Positions 1-11,612 of a stretch of 64,000 nt of DNA are shown here, piece after piece. Both the position numbers and the translations under genes were made by a program. The notes under the pieces were generated by a model, which was not told the origin of the DNA, ran no database searches, and saw only the letters and a program-made list of their open reading frames with translations. Position 1 is the first letter of the stretch; every line of letters starts with the position of its first letter. The DNA comes from Phyllobates terribilis (lineage: Eukaryota): NCBI RefSeq assembly GCF_046119375.1, contig NW_027362764.1:163246001-163310000 (forward strand), read 5' to 3'.

Positions 1-497
1 GTCCATCTATACTGACCTCCATCAGGTTGCAAATTGAATATAATTTTTTTCTGCATCTAGCTCTGAAAAAATATTTGGGCTTCTAGCAGTGTGGGACTTG
101 TTCTATTAGTCCATCTATACTGACCTCCATCAGGTTGCAAATTGAATATAATTTTTTTCTGCATCTAGCTCTGAAAAAATATTTGGGCTTCTAGCAGTGT
201 GTGGGACTTGGTCTATTAGTCCATCTATACTGACCTCCATCAGGTTGCAAATTGAATATAATTTTTTTCTGCTTCTAGCTCTGAAAAAATATTTGGGCTT
301 CTAGCAGTGTGTGGGACTTGGTCTATTAGTCCATCTATACTGACCTCCATCAGGTTGCAAATTGAATATAATTTTTTTCTGCATCTAGCTCTGAAAAAAT
401 ATTTGGGCTTCTAGCAGTGTGTGGGACTTGGTCTATTAGTCCATCTATACTGACCTCCATCAGGTTGCAAATTAAATATAATTTTTTTCTGCATCTA
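1..497. repeat. Tandem array of ~110-bp units (~4.5 copies), internal to the hAT element
   Basis: Unit starting GTCCATCTATACTGACCTCC recurs at 1, 109, 219, 329 and 439. Units are near-identical with no spacers. Confidence 0.95.
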
Positions 498-613
498 ACC
501 CAGCCAATAGTTTTGGCCTAATACCACAGTTTGGCCACTGAGCTCTGCTCGGTTCCCATCCATTGTTTTTTTGTGCAAACAACTCCAGAGTTGTGAATTA
601 GTTAACCACCAAA

Positions 614-3600
614 ATGAGTGGAAAAAGGCCTGCTGCTGGTGGAAAGGGGAATAGGCGTGTTGGGTAGGGGAAAAAAGTTTGTGTCCGTGGGGTAGGTGTT
701 AAAGCAACAGTAACATCTGCAGAAGAAAGACCATCTTCCAGCCAAACTAAAATGTCTACTTCTTTTAGCGGACAATGTGATAAGATCCCTTTCTTACGGC
801 CACGCCAATTGCTGCAAATTCCAGATGAGGCACAAAAACAGCAGGTGCTTCAACGGATATCAAGTGCTCCTTTAAGTGGGCTCTCCTCCACATCAACTTC
901 AACATCACAAATACTCCAGTCCTCAGAGGTGTCACCCCAATCGCACTTGCTTCCTCACAGCTCCCAGATCTCCAGCTGCCCGTCTGAGTATGAGGTAGAA
1001 CAGATGGTTGAGTCTGCAGAGCTGTTTACTCATACTATAGCCTGGGAATCAGAGGTCGGCTCCAGCGCTTCTGTGAATCCAGATGAGGAAATGATCTGCA
1101 CTGATGCCCAGAATCTTTATGAGTCGGATCCAGGACCAGACGCAGAAGGTTCTGACCATAATGTAGACCCTCATTCCCAAACTGTAACTCCTGTTGGTGG
1201 AGACAATGAGGAAGACGATGATGAGACTCAAATACTTGATTGGAGCGACAACTTTAGTTTTTTGTCAGGGCAGGAACAGGTTGGCTCTGAGGACGACGGG
1301 TGTGATAACACACAGGGGGATGATGATGAGGTTGGAGATCCCACTTACTGTCAACCCACAGTCAGCCAAGAGATGAGGTCAGCAGAGGAGGTGGAGGAGA
1401 ATGCTAGTGACAACGAGGTCAGGTTGCGCCTTCCTGGACAGAGACGTAGTACTGGAAGCACGTCAACAACTGCATCCTCAAACACAACTCTGCCTCTCAC
1501 CACAAGTCGTGGTGGCTCTTCAGGTCGCATGGGTGCTAAGCCTTGCATAGCCTGGGCATTTTTTCAGATCGATAAAGATGACCCAACTCGTGTTATCTGT
1601 AACATTTGTCAGCAAAAGCTAAGTAGAGGCCAAAAAATACATAGTTTGAGTACTTCATGCATGAACCGGCACATGGACATGAAGCATAAGTTGCAGTGGG
1701 AAGCTCACTGTGCTACAATGCGGCCTAGCCGGCCGGGCCAACCACCGTCTGGCACATCTTGTACATCCGCGGCCTCTTCAACCTCTGTGACTGGGGGGAC
1801 AGCAGTCTCACATGTTTTGGGACGCAGACCTGCCACCTCTTTACCCGCAACAGCCAGCGTGATTGGCAGGTCATCATTTTCTTTGGAGGTGGTAACACCA
1901 GCTGGTGTTGAGCACTGTCAGACATCAATAGCACCACCTTTGGATCAAGGCAACCTAACATGTCCGCCTGCATCTTCCTCACAGACCGGCAGTTTGCCGG
2001 GGACACCCTTATCAACCCCGTCTAAGCACAACAGCCAGCCCTCGGTCCCTCAGATGTGGACAAGTAAAAGACCATTTCCTCCTAGCCAAGAGAAAGCTTA
2101 GAGGTTGAATTTCACCATCTGCAAGCTCTTGGCTACAGAAATGCTGCCTTTCCGCCTGGTGGACACAGAGGATTTTTGAGACCTTATGTCCGTCGCAGTG
2201 CCCCAGTACCAGATGCCCAGTCGGCACTACTTCTCAAAGAAAGGTGTGCCTGCGCTCCACCAGCATGTTGCACACAACATCACCGCTTCTTTTAGAAACT
2301 CTGTGTGTGACAGGGTGCATTTCACCACAGACACTTGGACGAGTAGGCATGGACAGGGGCGTTACATGTCGCTGACTGGGCACTGGGTAACTATGGTGAC
2401 AGCAGGACAAGGGGCTGCTGTCCAAGTCTTGCCGTCCCCACGAGTTGTGCATCAATCCTCTTTATCTCAAAATTCCTCCACTGCTTCTGCCTCCTCAACC
2501 TCCTCTCGGTCCTCCACCTGCACCCAAAGCCTGTCTGGTCATGCCACAAGCTTTCTAACTGCGCAGAAGGGATCCTGCACACCTCCTTACGATGCTGGCA
2601 GTAGGGCTCAATGTCATCAGGCGGTTTTTACTTGGAAATGTCTGGGAAATGTGAGTCACACAGCTGAGGAGTTGTGGTCAGCTCTGGAGAACCAATTTCA
2701 TGAATGGTTGTCTCCACTGGACCTGAAACCAGGGAAGGCTGTGTGCGACAATGCTGCAAACCTGGGTGCGGCCCTTCGCCGGGGCAATGTCACACGCGTG
2801 CCTTGTATGGCTCACGTGTTGAACCTGGTTGTCCAGCAATTTTTAGCCCACTATCCCAGACTAGATGGCCTTCTGCAGAGGGCACGGTCGCTGTGTGCTC
2901 ACTTCCGCCGTTTGCATCCCGAAGCTCAGCGACTTACATCTCTACAGAAGTCGTTGGGCCTGCCACTTCACCGGCTAAAATGCGATGTGCCTACCTGGTG
3001 GAATTCAACTCTGCACATGTTGCAGCGACTGTGGCAGCACCGACAAGCCCTGGTGCAATACGTTCCGACGTATAGCCTGGGCCAACGAGATCCAGAGGTG
3101 GGGCAAATCACGCTGGAGGAGTGGTCTCAGATCAGGGACCTATGCACCCTTCTGCACAGTTTTGAAATGGCGACGAAGATGTTTAGTGCTGACGATGCCA
3201 TTATCAGCTTGACTATTCCGGTGATTTACATGCTGGAGCACATGTTAAACAGAATTCGGAGTCAGGTGGTGGCACAAGAGGAGGTGGAGGAAGTAGAGGA
3301 GGTGGAGTTGTATGCGGAAGAGCTAACATCTGCAAGGTCCAGACGGTCGGCAGCACCAAGGCGGCAGGCATGTGAGGGTGGGGGAGATGGTTTTACCAGG
3401 GCGCATGGCAGCAGCCAAACTAGTGAGGAAGGTGCAGGAGCCCAGGAAGAAGTGGAGGACGAACTGATGGAAGACTCATCAGATGAGGGAGACCTTGATC
3501 ACATTTCTGTTGTGCGAGGTTGGAGGGAGAGGACAGAGGAAGGAAGCATGATTGTTACCTCGCCACCAACACAACAGGGACTTGGTGCTCCTGGATGCGC

Positions 3601-4314
3601 AAGACACATGAGTGCCTTCTTGCTGCACTACCTGCAACATGACCCTCGAATTGTGAGAAATAGAAACAATCCTGACTACTGGGTTGCCACACTGTTAGAT
3701 CCCCGTACAAAAGTAAATTTGCAGAAATTATTCCTGCCATAGAAAGGGATGCACGCATGCAGGAGTATCAGCAGAGACTGTTGCAGAATCTTACATGTGC
3801 TTTTCCACAAAACACCAGTGGTGCACGTAGTGAATCTCACAGTTCCAACTTGCCAACCGTGGGACCGTCGAGTGTTCAGCACTCAAACCGTAACAGAAAC
3901 ACAGTATCTGCTGGTAACATCAATTTTGCGGAATCATTTCACCACTTTTTTAGCCCATCCTTCGCAAGGCCACAGGAGACAAGAAGTCTGACACATAGTC
4001 AACGCCTAGAGACGATGGTACAGGAGTATCTCCAAGTAAACATTGAAGCCATGACTGTGTCACTGGACCCTTGCTCTTTTTGGGCTTCCAATCTGGATAA
4101 ATGGCCGGAGCTAGCCACTTACGCCTTGGAGATCTTGTCATGCCCCGCAGCCAGCGTTCTGTCTGAACGTGTGTTCAGCACTGCTGGTGGTGTGCTGACA
4201 GATAAGCGCACGTGGCTCTCCACTGATAATGTAGACAGACTCACGTTCATAAAGATGAAGAAATCATGGATCCGAAATGACTTTTCTACCCCTGTGTCAT
4301 CCTGGGGAGAGTAA
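614..4314 (+). pseudogene. hAT transposase (ZBED-like), disrupted
   Basis: ATG at 614 is in frame with ORFs 752-2101 and 2186-3742. BED finger WAFF..CNIC..CMNRHMDMKH; catalytic motifs FTTDTWTS, VCDN, CMAHVLNL, CDVPTWWNS; dimerization domain WPELATYALEILSCPAASVLSERVFS. In-frame stops near 665, 2099 and 2177, and a 1-bp frameshift near 3706. Confidence 0.95.
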
Positions 4315-4525
4315 AAGCTTGATGATTGGTTAAAATCACCTCACCAACCGTTTTAAGCTTTCAAATTACTAATCATGTTTATCTGTATCTTGGCTGGAAA
4401 ATAATTTGGGCTTTGTAGCAGTGTGCAGTACTGATTCTATTAGGCCATCTATACTAAGCTCCACCAGATTTAAAATTAATAATAATTTTTAGCTGCATCT
4501 AGCCCGGAAAATAATTTTGGGGCTC

Positions 4526-4640
4526 CAAGATGCGCAAGACACATAAGTGCCTTCTTGCTGCACTACCTGCAACATGACCCTCAGATTGTCAGAATTCGAA
4601 GTAATCCTGACTACTGGGTTGCCACACTCTTAGATCCCCC
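4526..4640 (+). repeat. Fragment of a second, diverged copy of the hAT transposase (matches ~3595-3705)
   Basis: GATGCGCAAGACACAT..GCCACACTCTTAGATCCCC aligns to 3595-3705. The same copy resumes at 6012-6082 (matches 3793-3862). Confidence 0.9.
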
Positions 4641-6011
4641 ACACTCTTCGATCAACCTTTTCATTTTAATAAAGACCAAAAAAATGGTCATTTTTTAAAT
4701 TATAAGCATTAGCACGTTATTAGAAACTGAAATCAAACAGTTTTCAACTCAAAACTTTATTCTAGGTGATGTTACATTTGCACATAGGACCCCTTGTTCG
4801 AAAGGAGCTTCTGAACTCTCTCGTCCATTGAATTTGTCAGGTTTTGGATGGTTTCTGCTTCAATTGTTTTGCATGAGGACAGAATACCCTCCCAGAGCTG
4901 TTGCTTCGATGTGAACTGCCTCCCGCCATCATAGACACTCCTTTTGATGATGCTCCAGAGGTTGTGAATGGGGTAGAGGTCAGGGGAGCATGGGGGTCAC
5001 ACCATAAGTTTGTCCTCTTTTATGCCCATATCAGCCAGAGATGCAGATGTGTTATGTGCAGCATGAGACGGTGCATTATCATGCATGAAAATGACCTTGC
5101 TGTGGAATACACGGTTCTTCTTCTTGAACCATGGCAGGAAGTGCTGTTTGAGAAACTCCACATACATTATGGAGTTCATCTTTACCCCTTCAGTGATCCT
5201 AAAGGGGCCGACAATCTCTCTCCCCATGATTCCAGCCCAAAACATTACTCCACCTCCTCCTTGTTGGCGCTGTAGCCGTGTTTGCGTGGGGTGTCCATCA
5301 ACCAGCCATCCTCCACTCCATCCATCTGGACCATCGAGCGTTGCACGGCACTCATCCGTGAACAAAACAGTTTTGAAATCAGTCTTCATGTAATGTTTGG
5401 CCCACTGGAGCCGTTTCTGCTTGTGTGCAGTGGATAGAGGAGGTCGACAGGATGGCGTACGCACAGCTGCAAACCTCTGAAGGACCCTGCATCTTGTTGT
5501 TCGGGGGACGTTGGAGGCACCAGCAGCTTCAAAAACTTGTCTGCTGCTATGACAAGGCTTTTTTGCCGCTGCTCTTTTAACCTGACTTAATTGCCTGCAG
5601 GAAAGAGTCCTCTATTTGCCCTTATCAGCACGCACACGTGTGTACTGTGAATCAGCTACATACTTCTTGATTGCCAAGACACTTCATCCTGATCATCGCA
5701 CAATGCTGATTGTAGTCATGCCTTGACCTAAACACTCCACAATTTGTTGCTTCTCAGCAGCCGACACATCCTTTTTCTTTCCCATTTTGGCAGAAAATGT
5801 AGGCTGCTTAATAATGTGGGACAGCCTTCTTAAGTAGTCTTGCCTTTCATTGGACACACCTGCCAAACTAATTAGCACAGGTGTCTGCAATTGCTTACAG
5901 TGATATAAAGAGCCCTGACACACATCACCATCAATGAGTTTAACTGACAAACAAACAAATTCTTCACTTATCACTCCTAAACACTTTTTGCATAATAATT
6001 TGGAACACAGT
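4641..6011 (-). mobile_element. Tc1/mariner element of DD37E (TRT-like) type; one TIR lost
   Basis: TIR ...CATAATAATTTGGAACACAGTG ends at 6011, followed by TA. No matching TIR at the left end. Confidence 0.85.
4772..5785 (-). pseudogene. Tc1-like transposase remnant, DD37E spacing
   Basis: MGKKKD start at 5785; VLFTDE; MHDNAPSH; W(stop)PPCSPDLYPIHNLW. 37 residues lie between the second D and the Glu position (now His). Stop TAA at 4772-4774. Confidence 0.9.
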
Positions 6012-6082
6012 GTACATGTGCTTTTCCACAAAACACCAGTGGTTCACGTAGTGAATCTTACAGTTCTAACTTGCCAACCGTG

Positions 6083-7897
6083 GTCTGTATGGAGTTGTTC
6101 AATAAAGGGCCCAAAATTAAGATAACATAGACGGGAGAGGTCTCTATGATTAGGAATCCCTAAGTATTTGATACCCTGTGAGGGCCAGGCAAAGGGAAAG
6201 TTGGACTGGATGGAATCCTGTATGGATTTCGGGAGGGAGACATCGAGGGCCTCAGACTTCGCTGCATTGATTTTAAAATTTGACCATGTAACAAAGTGAT
6301 ATATTTCAGCCATAACAGCAGGGATGGATATATGTGATTGAGTGATATATACTAGGACATCATCAGCAAATAGAGAGCACTTGTACTCAGTGCCTCCCAC
6401 CTCAATCCACCTAATATTGGGGTTATGGCGAATTGATGAGAGCAGGTGCTCCGTCACTAGGATGTATAAGAGACGGGACAGAGGACATCCCTGCCTTATC
6501 CCATTGGTGATTATGAAAGGTGATGAAAATGTTCTGACGCGCCCCCTGGGACTTGGGACACCCAGAGATGGACCCTTTTTGGTGGATGCTGGTGGTTGTA
6601 GTCTCCGTGGCGGCGACCCGGTTCCGTGGCTCAGGGCGGTCAAACCAGTGACGGAACTATTTATGTGGTTTTGATGTTTAAATGTCCGACTACGCCACCC
6701 GTGGATTGCGGTCAGAGTGAACCGCCGCTGCAGGGCAGACCGCTGAGGCTGGTGTTGTGGGTGCAGCAGAGCGTAGCATAACTCCCCACGGGAGGAGTAT
6801 AGCCTCAGGGCAGTGTATGCGGAGGATGGGGGTGATGGTGCAGGGCAGCAGCAGTAACGACACGGAGTCAGTGATGCAGTCCAGGGCCTTTACTCACAGT
6901 TCTTATTATCCAGACCACTTCTGCAGGTAACGGCTGCCCACGTCGTACTGTGCTCACCAGGTGAGGGGCTCAGATAACTCCCAGATAACTTTGGAGCGCT
7001 TCACAGGACCCCCTTTGTGTGTCCTTTGTCTGGCCTTTCTTACCAACCCTTCTGTCCGGCTGCCTCGGGCCTCCTCTTGGTAAACTTGGCGCCAGTTTCC
7101 CTGACCCTATGTGGTGCCTTCCTAGTGGGTGTAGCGAGGGGCTGCGCCACATAAAATGTCACAGCCTCTGGTTTCAAGCTGAGGGTCGTTTCCCGCCTCC
7201 ACTAGTTTCGGGGACCGGTCTCCCCCTTTGGCCTGACCCCTCCACGCAGGTGGATTCGGGCGTGCGGTGGCGACTCGCCCGTCCGCACCACTGGGATCCC
7301 TTAGTTCCTTGTTCCTGGAGCCTTCTCCGCTCCTCTTCCTTCCTTCTCCCTCTTCCAGGCCTGGGCCTCTGTTACTAGGCCCGCCTCCGGAGCAGAGCTC
7401 ATGCAGAGCCCCTGCTCCCTGTCACTTCTGCTCAGACTTCTCTGCACTGAACTAAGATGGTGCCCACCTTTTATACTCCCTTCTCAATGCACCCAGGAAC
7501 TGCTTCCTCCCTGCTCCTGCACTACAGGGTTCCCCTTCCTCAGTGTTCCCTCCCCCCACTCCAGCCAGGGACAGGGACTGTCGTGCCCATTTCAGGGGCA
7601 TATTGGTCGCCCTGCCCCACGGCAATGTGGTGTAATGCATGCAGGTGTCGGGTCCTGATCCACACTCCATCCTTACCTGAGAGTGAGATATCACACCACT
7701 GGGTGAGGTGCAATACCTCTGCAGCAACCGAGCCCTCAGGGTGCTACAGTTCCATTTATCTTCAGCCTAGGTGACGTATTGCGATACAGGGCCATGATTT
7801 TGGCTATAAAAGGGTCCCCTACCCCAAGCTTTTTAAGAGAATAGTATATGGCGTGCCAGGAGACTCTATGGAATGCTTTTTCAGCATCCAACGAGAG
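6083..7897 (-). mobile_element. L1-clade LINE ORF2 reverse-transcriptase fragment, split by a solo LTR
   Basis: LSLDAEKAFHRVSW (7753-7897) continues across the LTR into NGIRQGCPLS, LFADD and IKYLGI (6083-6534). Confidence 0.92.
6535..7748 (-). mobile_element. Solo LTR related to the LTRs of the 47210-52001 element
   Basis: TGACGCGCCCC...CTCAGGGTGCTACA termini are shared with the 47210/50808 LTRs. 4-bp TSD GTTC at 6531-6534 and 7749-7752. Confidence 0.92.
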
Positions 7898-8004
7898 TAT
7901 CTAATTACATATTTTTAACTGCATCTAGCCCAGGAAATACTTTGTGCCTAGTAGCAGTGTCTGCTAGTCAGCGGATTATCCTGGCTGTTAAGCAAGCTAC
8001 ACCA

Positions 8005-8275
8005 CCTGTAGTTTGGACACTTAATTTTTTCAAAGGAAATGCTTCGGGACCACGGGATACTCAGTGAAGAGCATCAGGAGGCACCCCAAGGCATAGGGGC
8101 TGGGACTGGCGGTAGGATGCCTTGCGGTGGACAGCCGAGCTCGATCCTTATAAAAGCTTTTTAACTGCAGCAGCTTTAGTGGGCGCTACTGGAGCTGGAA
8201 TTACGCGGCTGCTGGCATGAGACTTGCCCTCCAATAGATCCTTGTAAAAGAATTTAAAGTGTATTCATTCAAATT
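8005..8275 (-). pseudogene. Degenerate ~270-bp fragment of nuclear 18S rDNA
   Basis: Reads as the reverse complement of vertebrate 18S around GTGCCAGCAGCCGCGGTAATTCCAGCTCCAATAGCG..GCAGTTAAAAAGCTCG and the following variable region (TTTTTAACTGCAGCAGCTTT, GGAGCTGGAATTAC-GCGGCTGCTGGCA, GACTTGCCCTCCAAT). Many substitutions. Matched from recalled 18S sequence. Confidence 0.9.
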
Positions 8276-10894
8276 AGAGAGACAATTTAAATGAAAAAGC
8301 TTAGAGCTGCCTCCACCACAGGGGGGCTCGCTCGACCCACCAGCGGACAGGCACCAGTATTGGGAGAGGGGGGCTGGCCGTCAGGGTCCACCGCGGCTCT
8401 GGCACAAACCCGGTGACACGGAGGTGGCACGGGCAGGAACGGACTTTTTGGATTTTAGAAGGGCATGACATGCCTATATCTGTGTCTCCCCCTCCTTTTA
8501 CTCCTCCACCTCTTTTCTTTTCGCATGACTATATGTACTTGTCAGTTTTCCATGTGTTAGTTATGTCTTCTGAGCAGTTTGTCAGCTTTTGGACACCTTT
8601 GAAGGTGTTTTCTATGTGTTTTTGTTTGCCTGCCATTGGTTTTAACGGTGTTCGAAGGTGTTTGACAAACAGTTCAACGAACAGTTCGGCGAACACACGG
8701 GTGTTCGACGAACCGAACCGAACTCGAACACTACGGGGGTGGCTCAACACTACTCCTTACCAAGGTAACCAGCCATTCTCAGACTACAAGGTGGCCAGTA
8801 ACCTAGTCATCAAGCAGTACACTAGGAATAAAAATCCTTCTTATTTTGAGATTGTCAAAGATTTTAAAATCTAAACTGTATAATTGCTAGTTTTTACAAT
8901 AGCTTTGTAATTTTAACCACATAAAAACTGAAGATAACTCCAAGGCAGAGTTACGTTTTAATGATGACAACAAATTAGGATTCTTTTTCTAAAGGTTTAA
9001 TAAATCAAAAGTTTGAAGCAGAGTTTAGCTGGAACGATCACATAATAATGATATATCTAAGATATCAGAGGATTAGGTCATGTATTTCCCTGTGCAGATC
9101 TGTATGCTGAATAGTTACATCAGTGTTTTTTCTGCAATGTCATTTTAATCCTCTCAGATCACTCTTCTGTAGTATCAATCTGCTACAACAGATGTTCCTA
9201 TTTAAATGTCAGCAATACTGACTTACTCCCTTTATGACTAGGTGTATTGTGCATATTGTAAAGCCTAAGAAAAAATATGATTACAAGTGGTGAAAAAAAC
9301 CAGAATGAATTAGTACTGATAGAAATGTGGATTTACATGAAATAATTTAACTCCTTTACCTCCCAAGCCTGTTTTCACCTTAATGACCAGGGAAAATTTT
9401 TTACAATTCTAGCCAGTATTACTTTATGTGGAAATAACTCTAGAACGCTTCAATGGATTCCAATGATTCAGAGATTGTTCTTTTTTTTCATGGCATATTG
9501 TACTTCATGATAGTGGTAAAATTTCTTACATTTATTTGTGAAAAAAACAGAAATTTAGTGAAAATTTTGCAATTTTAAAACTCTTAATTTTTAAATCAGA
9601 GAGTTATATCACACAAAATAGTTCATAAATAACATTTCCCACATGTTTACTTTACACTAGCACAATTTTGTCGGAGTTGGAGAGCCCCTGATGTGCCTAA
9701 ACAGTGGAAACCGCTCAAAAGTGACACCATTTTGGAAACTAGACCCCTCAGAGAACTTATCTAGATGAGTGGTGAGCACCTTGAACCCCCAGGTGCTTCA
9801 CAAAAGTTTATAATGTTGAGCCGTAAAAATAAAAAAATCACATTTTTCCCACAAAAATGTTCTTTTAGCCCCAAATTTTGCATTTTCACAAGGGTAAAAG
9901 GAGACATTGCACCACACAATTTATTGTGCAATTTCTCCTTAGTATGCCGATACCCCATATGTGGAGGAAAACTACTGTTTGGGCGCACGGAAGGGAAGGA
10001 GCGCCATTTGACTTTTTGAATGTAAAATTTGCTGGAATAATTAGCTGATACAATGTCGCGTTTGGAGAGCACCTGATGTGCCTAAACATTGGAAACCCTC
10101 CAAAAGTGACCCCATTTTGGAAACTAGACCCCTCAAGGAATGTATCTAGATATGTGGTGAGCACTTTGAACCCCACAGGTGCTTCACAGAAGTTTATAAC
10201 GTGGAAAATGGGTTAAAATGGCACTAAATATTGTCCCACAACTTCTGCAGAATGTAGAAATACCCCGTATGCAGCTGTACAGTACTGCTTAGCCATACTG
10301 TGAGACTTTGGAGGAACGGAGCGCTATTTGCCTCCTGGAGCGCAGATTTTCCTACAATAGTTTGTGGACTTGATATACAAAATCCCTAAGTGCTAGAAGA
10401 GCAGAATACCCCCTCAAGCAACCCCATTTTGGAAATTATAGCCCTTGGTGAATTTATCTACATTACTAGTGACAATTTTGAATCCAAAAACAAGCAGTAA
10501 TGGATGTTGCTGAGTGAAAATTGCAAACTGCCGTTGTAGTGACCAGTACGTTGCAGTCATCAATACGTTGTAGTGACTGTATATTGTGCCGAGCTAATGC
10601 TTTTGGAGACACGCACCCATAAATTAGGCGGGCTCTCATCGCTACAGAAATGCCAAACATGTGGACACTAAATGTGGTTTAGGCACACTGGGGCTCAAAA
10701 AGGAAGGGGCATTTTGATTTGGGAGGGCAGAATTCCCTGGATTTCTTTTGGGGGCGAGGAGCCATTTCGCTTTTACAGAGCCTTTGTACTACCAGTAATT
10801 TGGTTAAACAGATTAACAGATGGCGGACCTGAGTGGGGGATATTTTGGTGGATTGATTTGAAGCTTTTGTTGGGAATATTTTACATAACATTTT

Positions 10895-11280
10895 GGATCA
10901 CGTTTTTCCTGCGCTCTACGCTGAGCATTTACATTGAGGTTTTCAACTAAATCTCCGAGTGACGTGATTCAGATGAAACCCCCGATGGATCCATTTACCA
11001 TAATGAGGCATCAAAGTTACTCTGGACTCTGTCTGGCCTCTGTTCAGCGGTGTCCTTCTTTACAGAAGTGCACAAAACTGTGGCCGACGGAACTTTTATG
11101 CACGCATGAAAAGATTGACGCTGGATAACAGGTCAGGCAGCGTCCACAGTGTCCCCATCTGCCTCATTATAGGGAATCTTCTGCTGGGGGTTCCATCTGA
11201 ATCACGTATTTCAGAGATTTACACGGAAACCCCGGTGTGAGCGCTCAATGCAGAGTACAGGACAAATGTGAGCCAAGCCT
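10895..11280. mobile_element. Fold-back MITE (PIF/Harbinger-like)
   Basis: Imperfect ~85-bp inverted arms (ACGTGATTCAGATGAAACCCC vs GGGGTTCCATCTGAATCACGT). Right end GAGCCAAGCC|TTA. Confidence 0.6.
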
Positions 11281-11377
11281 TACTGCGATCTTTGGGAAGC
11301 AGATCAACAGCAGGTGAAGAATTGGTTTTATTTGTCTTTTTACACTGCTCCTCATGCGATATAAGCGATTAGACGAC

Positions 11378-11612
11378 TTTATTCTTCAGGTTGGTGCCAT
11401 TACAGCGATACCAGATTCATATCTTTTTTATGTTTGTTTGCTGTCACACACTAAAAGACACTTTTTTTTGCAAAAAATGCATTTTTTATTATTTATTATT
11501 TATTTATTTATTCTTTATTCTTCGGGTTGGTGCCATTACAGTGATACCAGATTTATATCTTTTTTTTATGTTTGTCTGCTGTCACACACTAAAAGACACT
11601 TTTTTTTTTGCA
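11378..11612. repeat. Tandem duplication of ~135 bp
   Basis: TTATTCTTC(A/G)GGTTGGTGCCATTACAG..CACACTAAAAGACAC occurs twice, with a partial third copy near 11870. Confidence 0.85.

Larger units (their letters stand above)
1..8752 (+). mobile_element. hAT (BED-finger) DNA transposon with nested insertions; left end lies before the window
   Basis: Transposase remnant at 614-4314. The right end reads ...GGCTCAACACTA (8752; reverse complement TAGTGTTGAGCC), resembling the TAGTGATGAGCG ends of the other hATs here. Subterminal GTTCG/CGAAC repeats at 8650-8735. The left TSD cannot be checked. Confidence 0.75.

Noticed and set aside
1-497. Regular repeats suggesting a CRISPR array
   Set aside because: Units are head-to-tail and near-identical with no unique spacers; eukaryotic context; no cas genes.
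8005-8275. Functional 18S rRNA gene
   Set aside because: Only ~270 bp, with substitutions and indels in universally conserved positions, and no ITS, 5.8S or 28S nearby.
8290-8455. GC-rich segment whose reverse strand contains GTGCCAGAGCCGCGGT, resembling the SSU 515 motif or an rDNA spacer
   Set aside because: The flanks do not follow any rRNA sequence I can recall; a 16-nt resemblance is not enough without a search.
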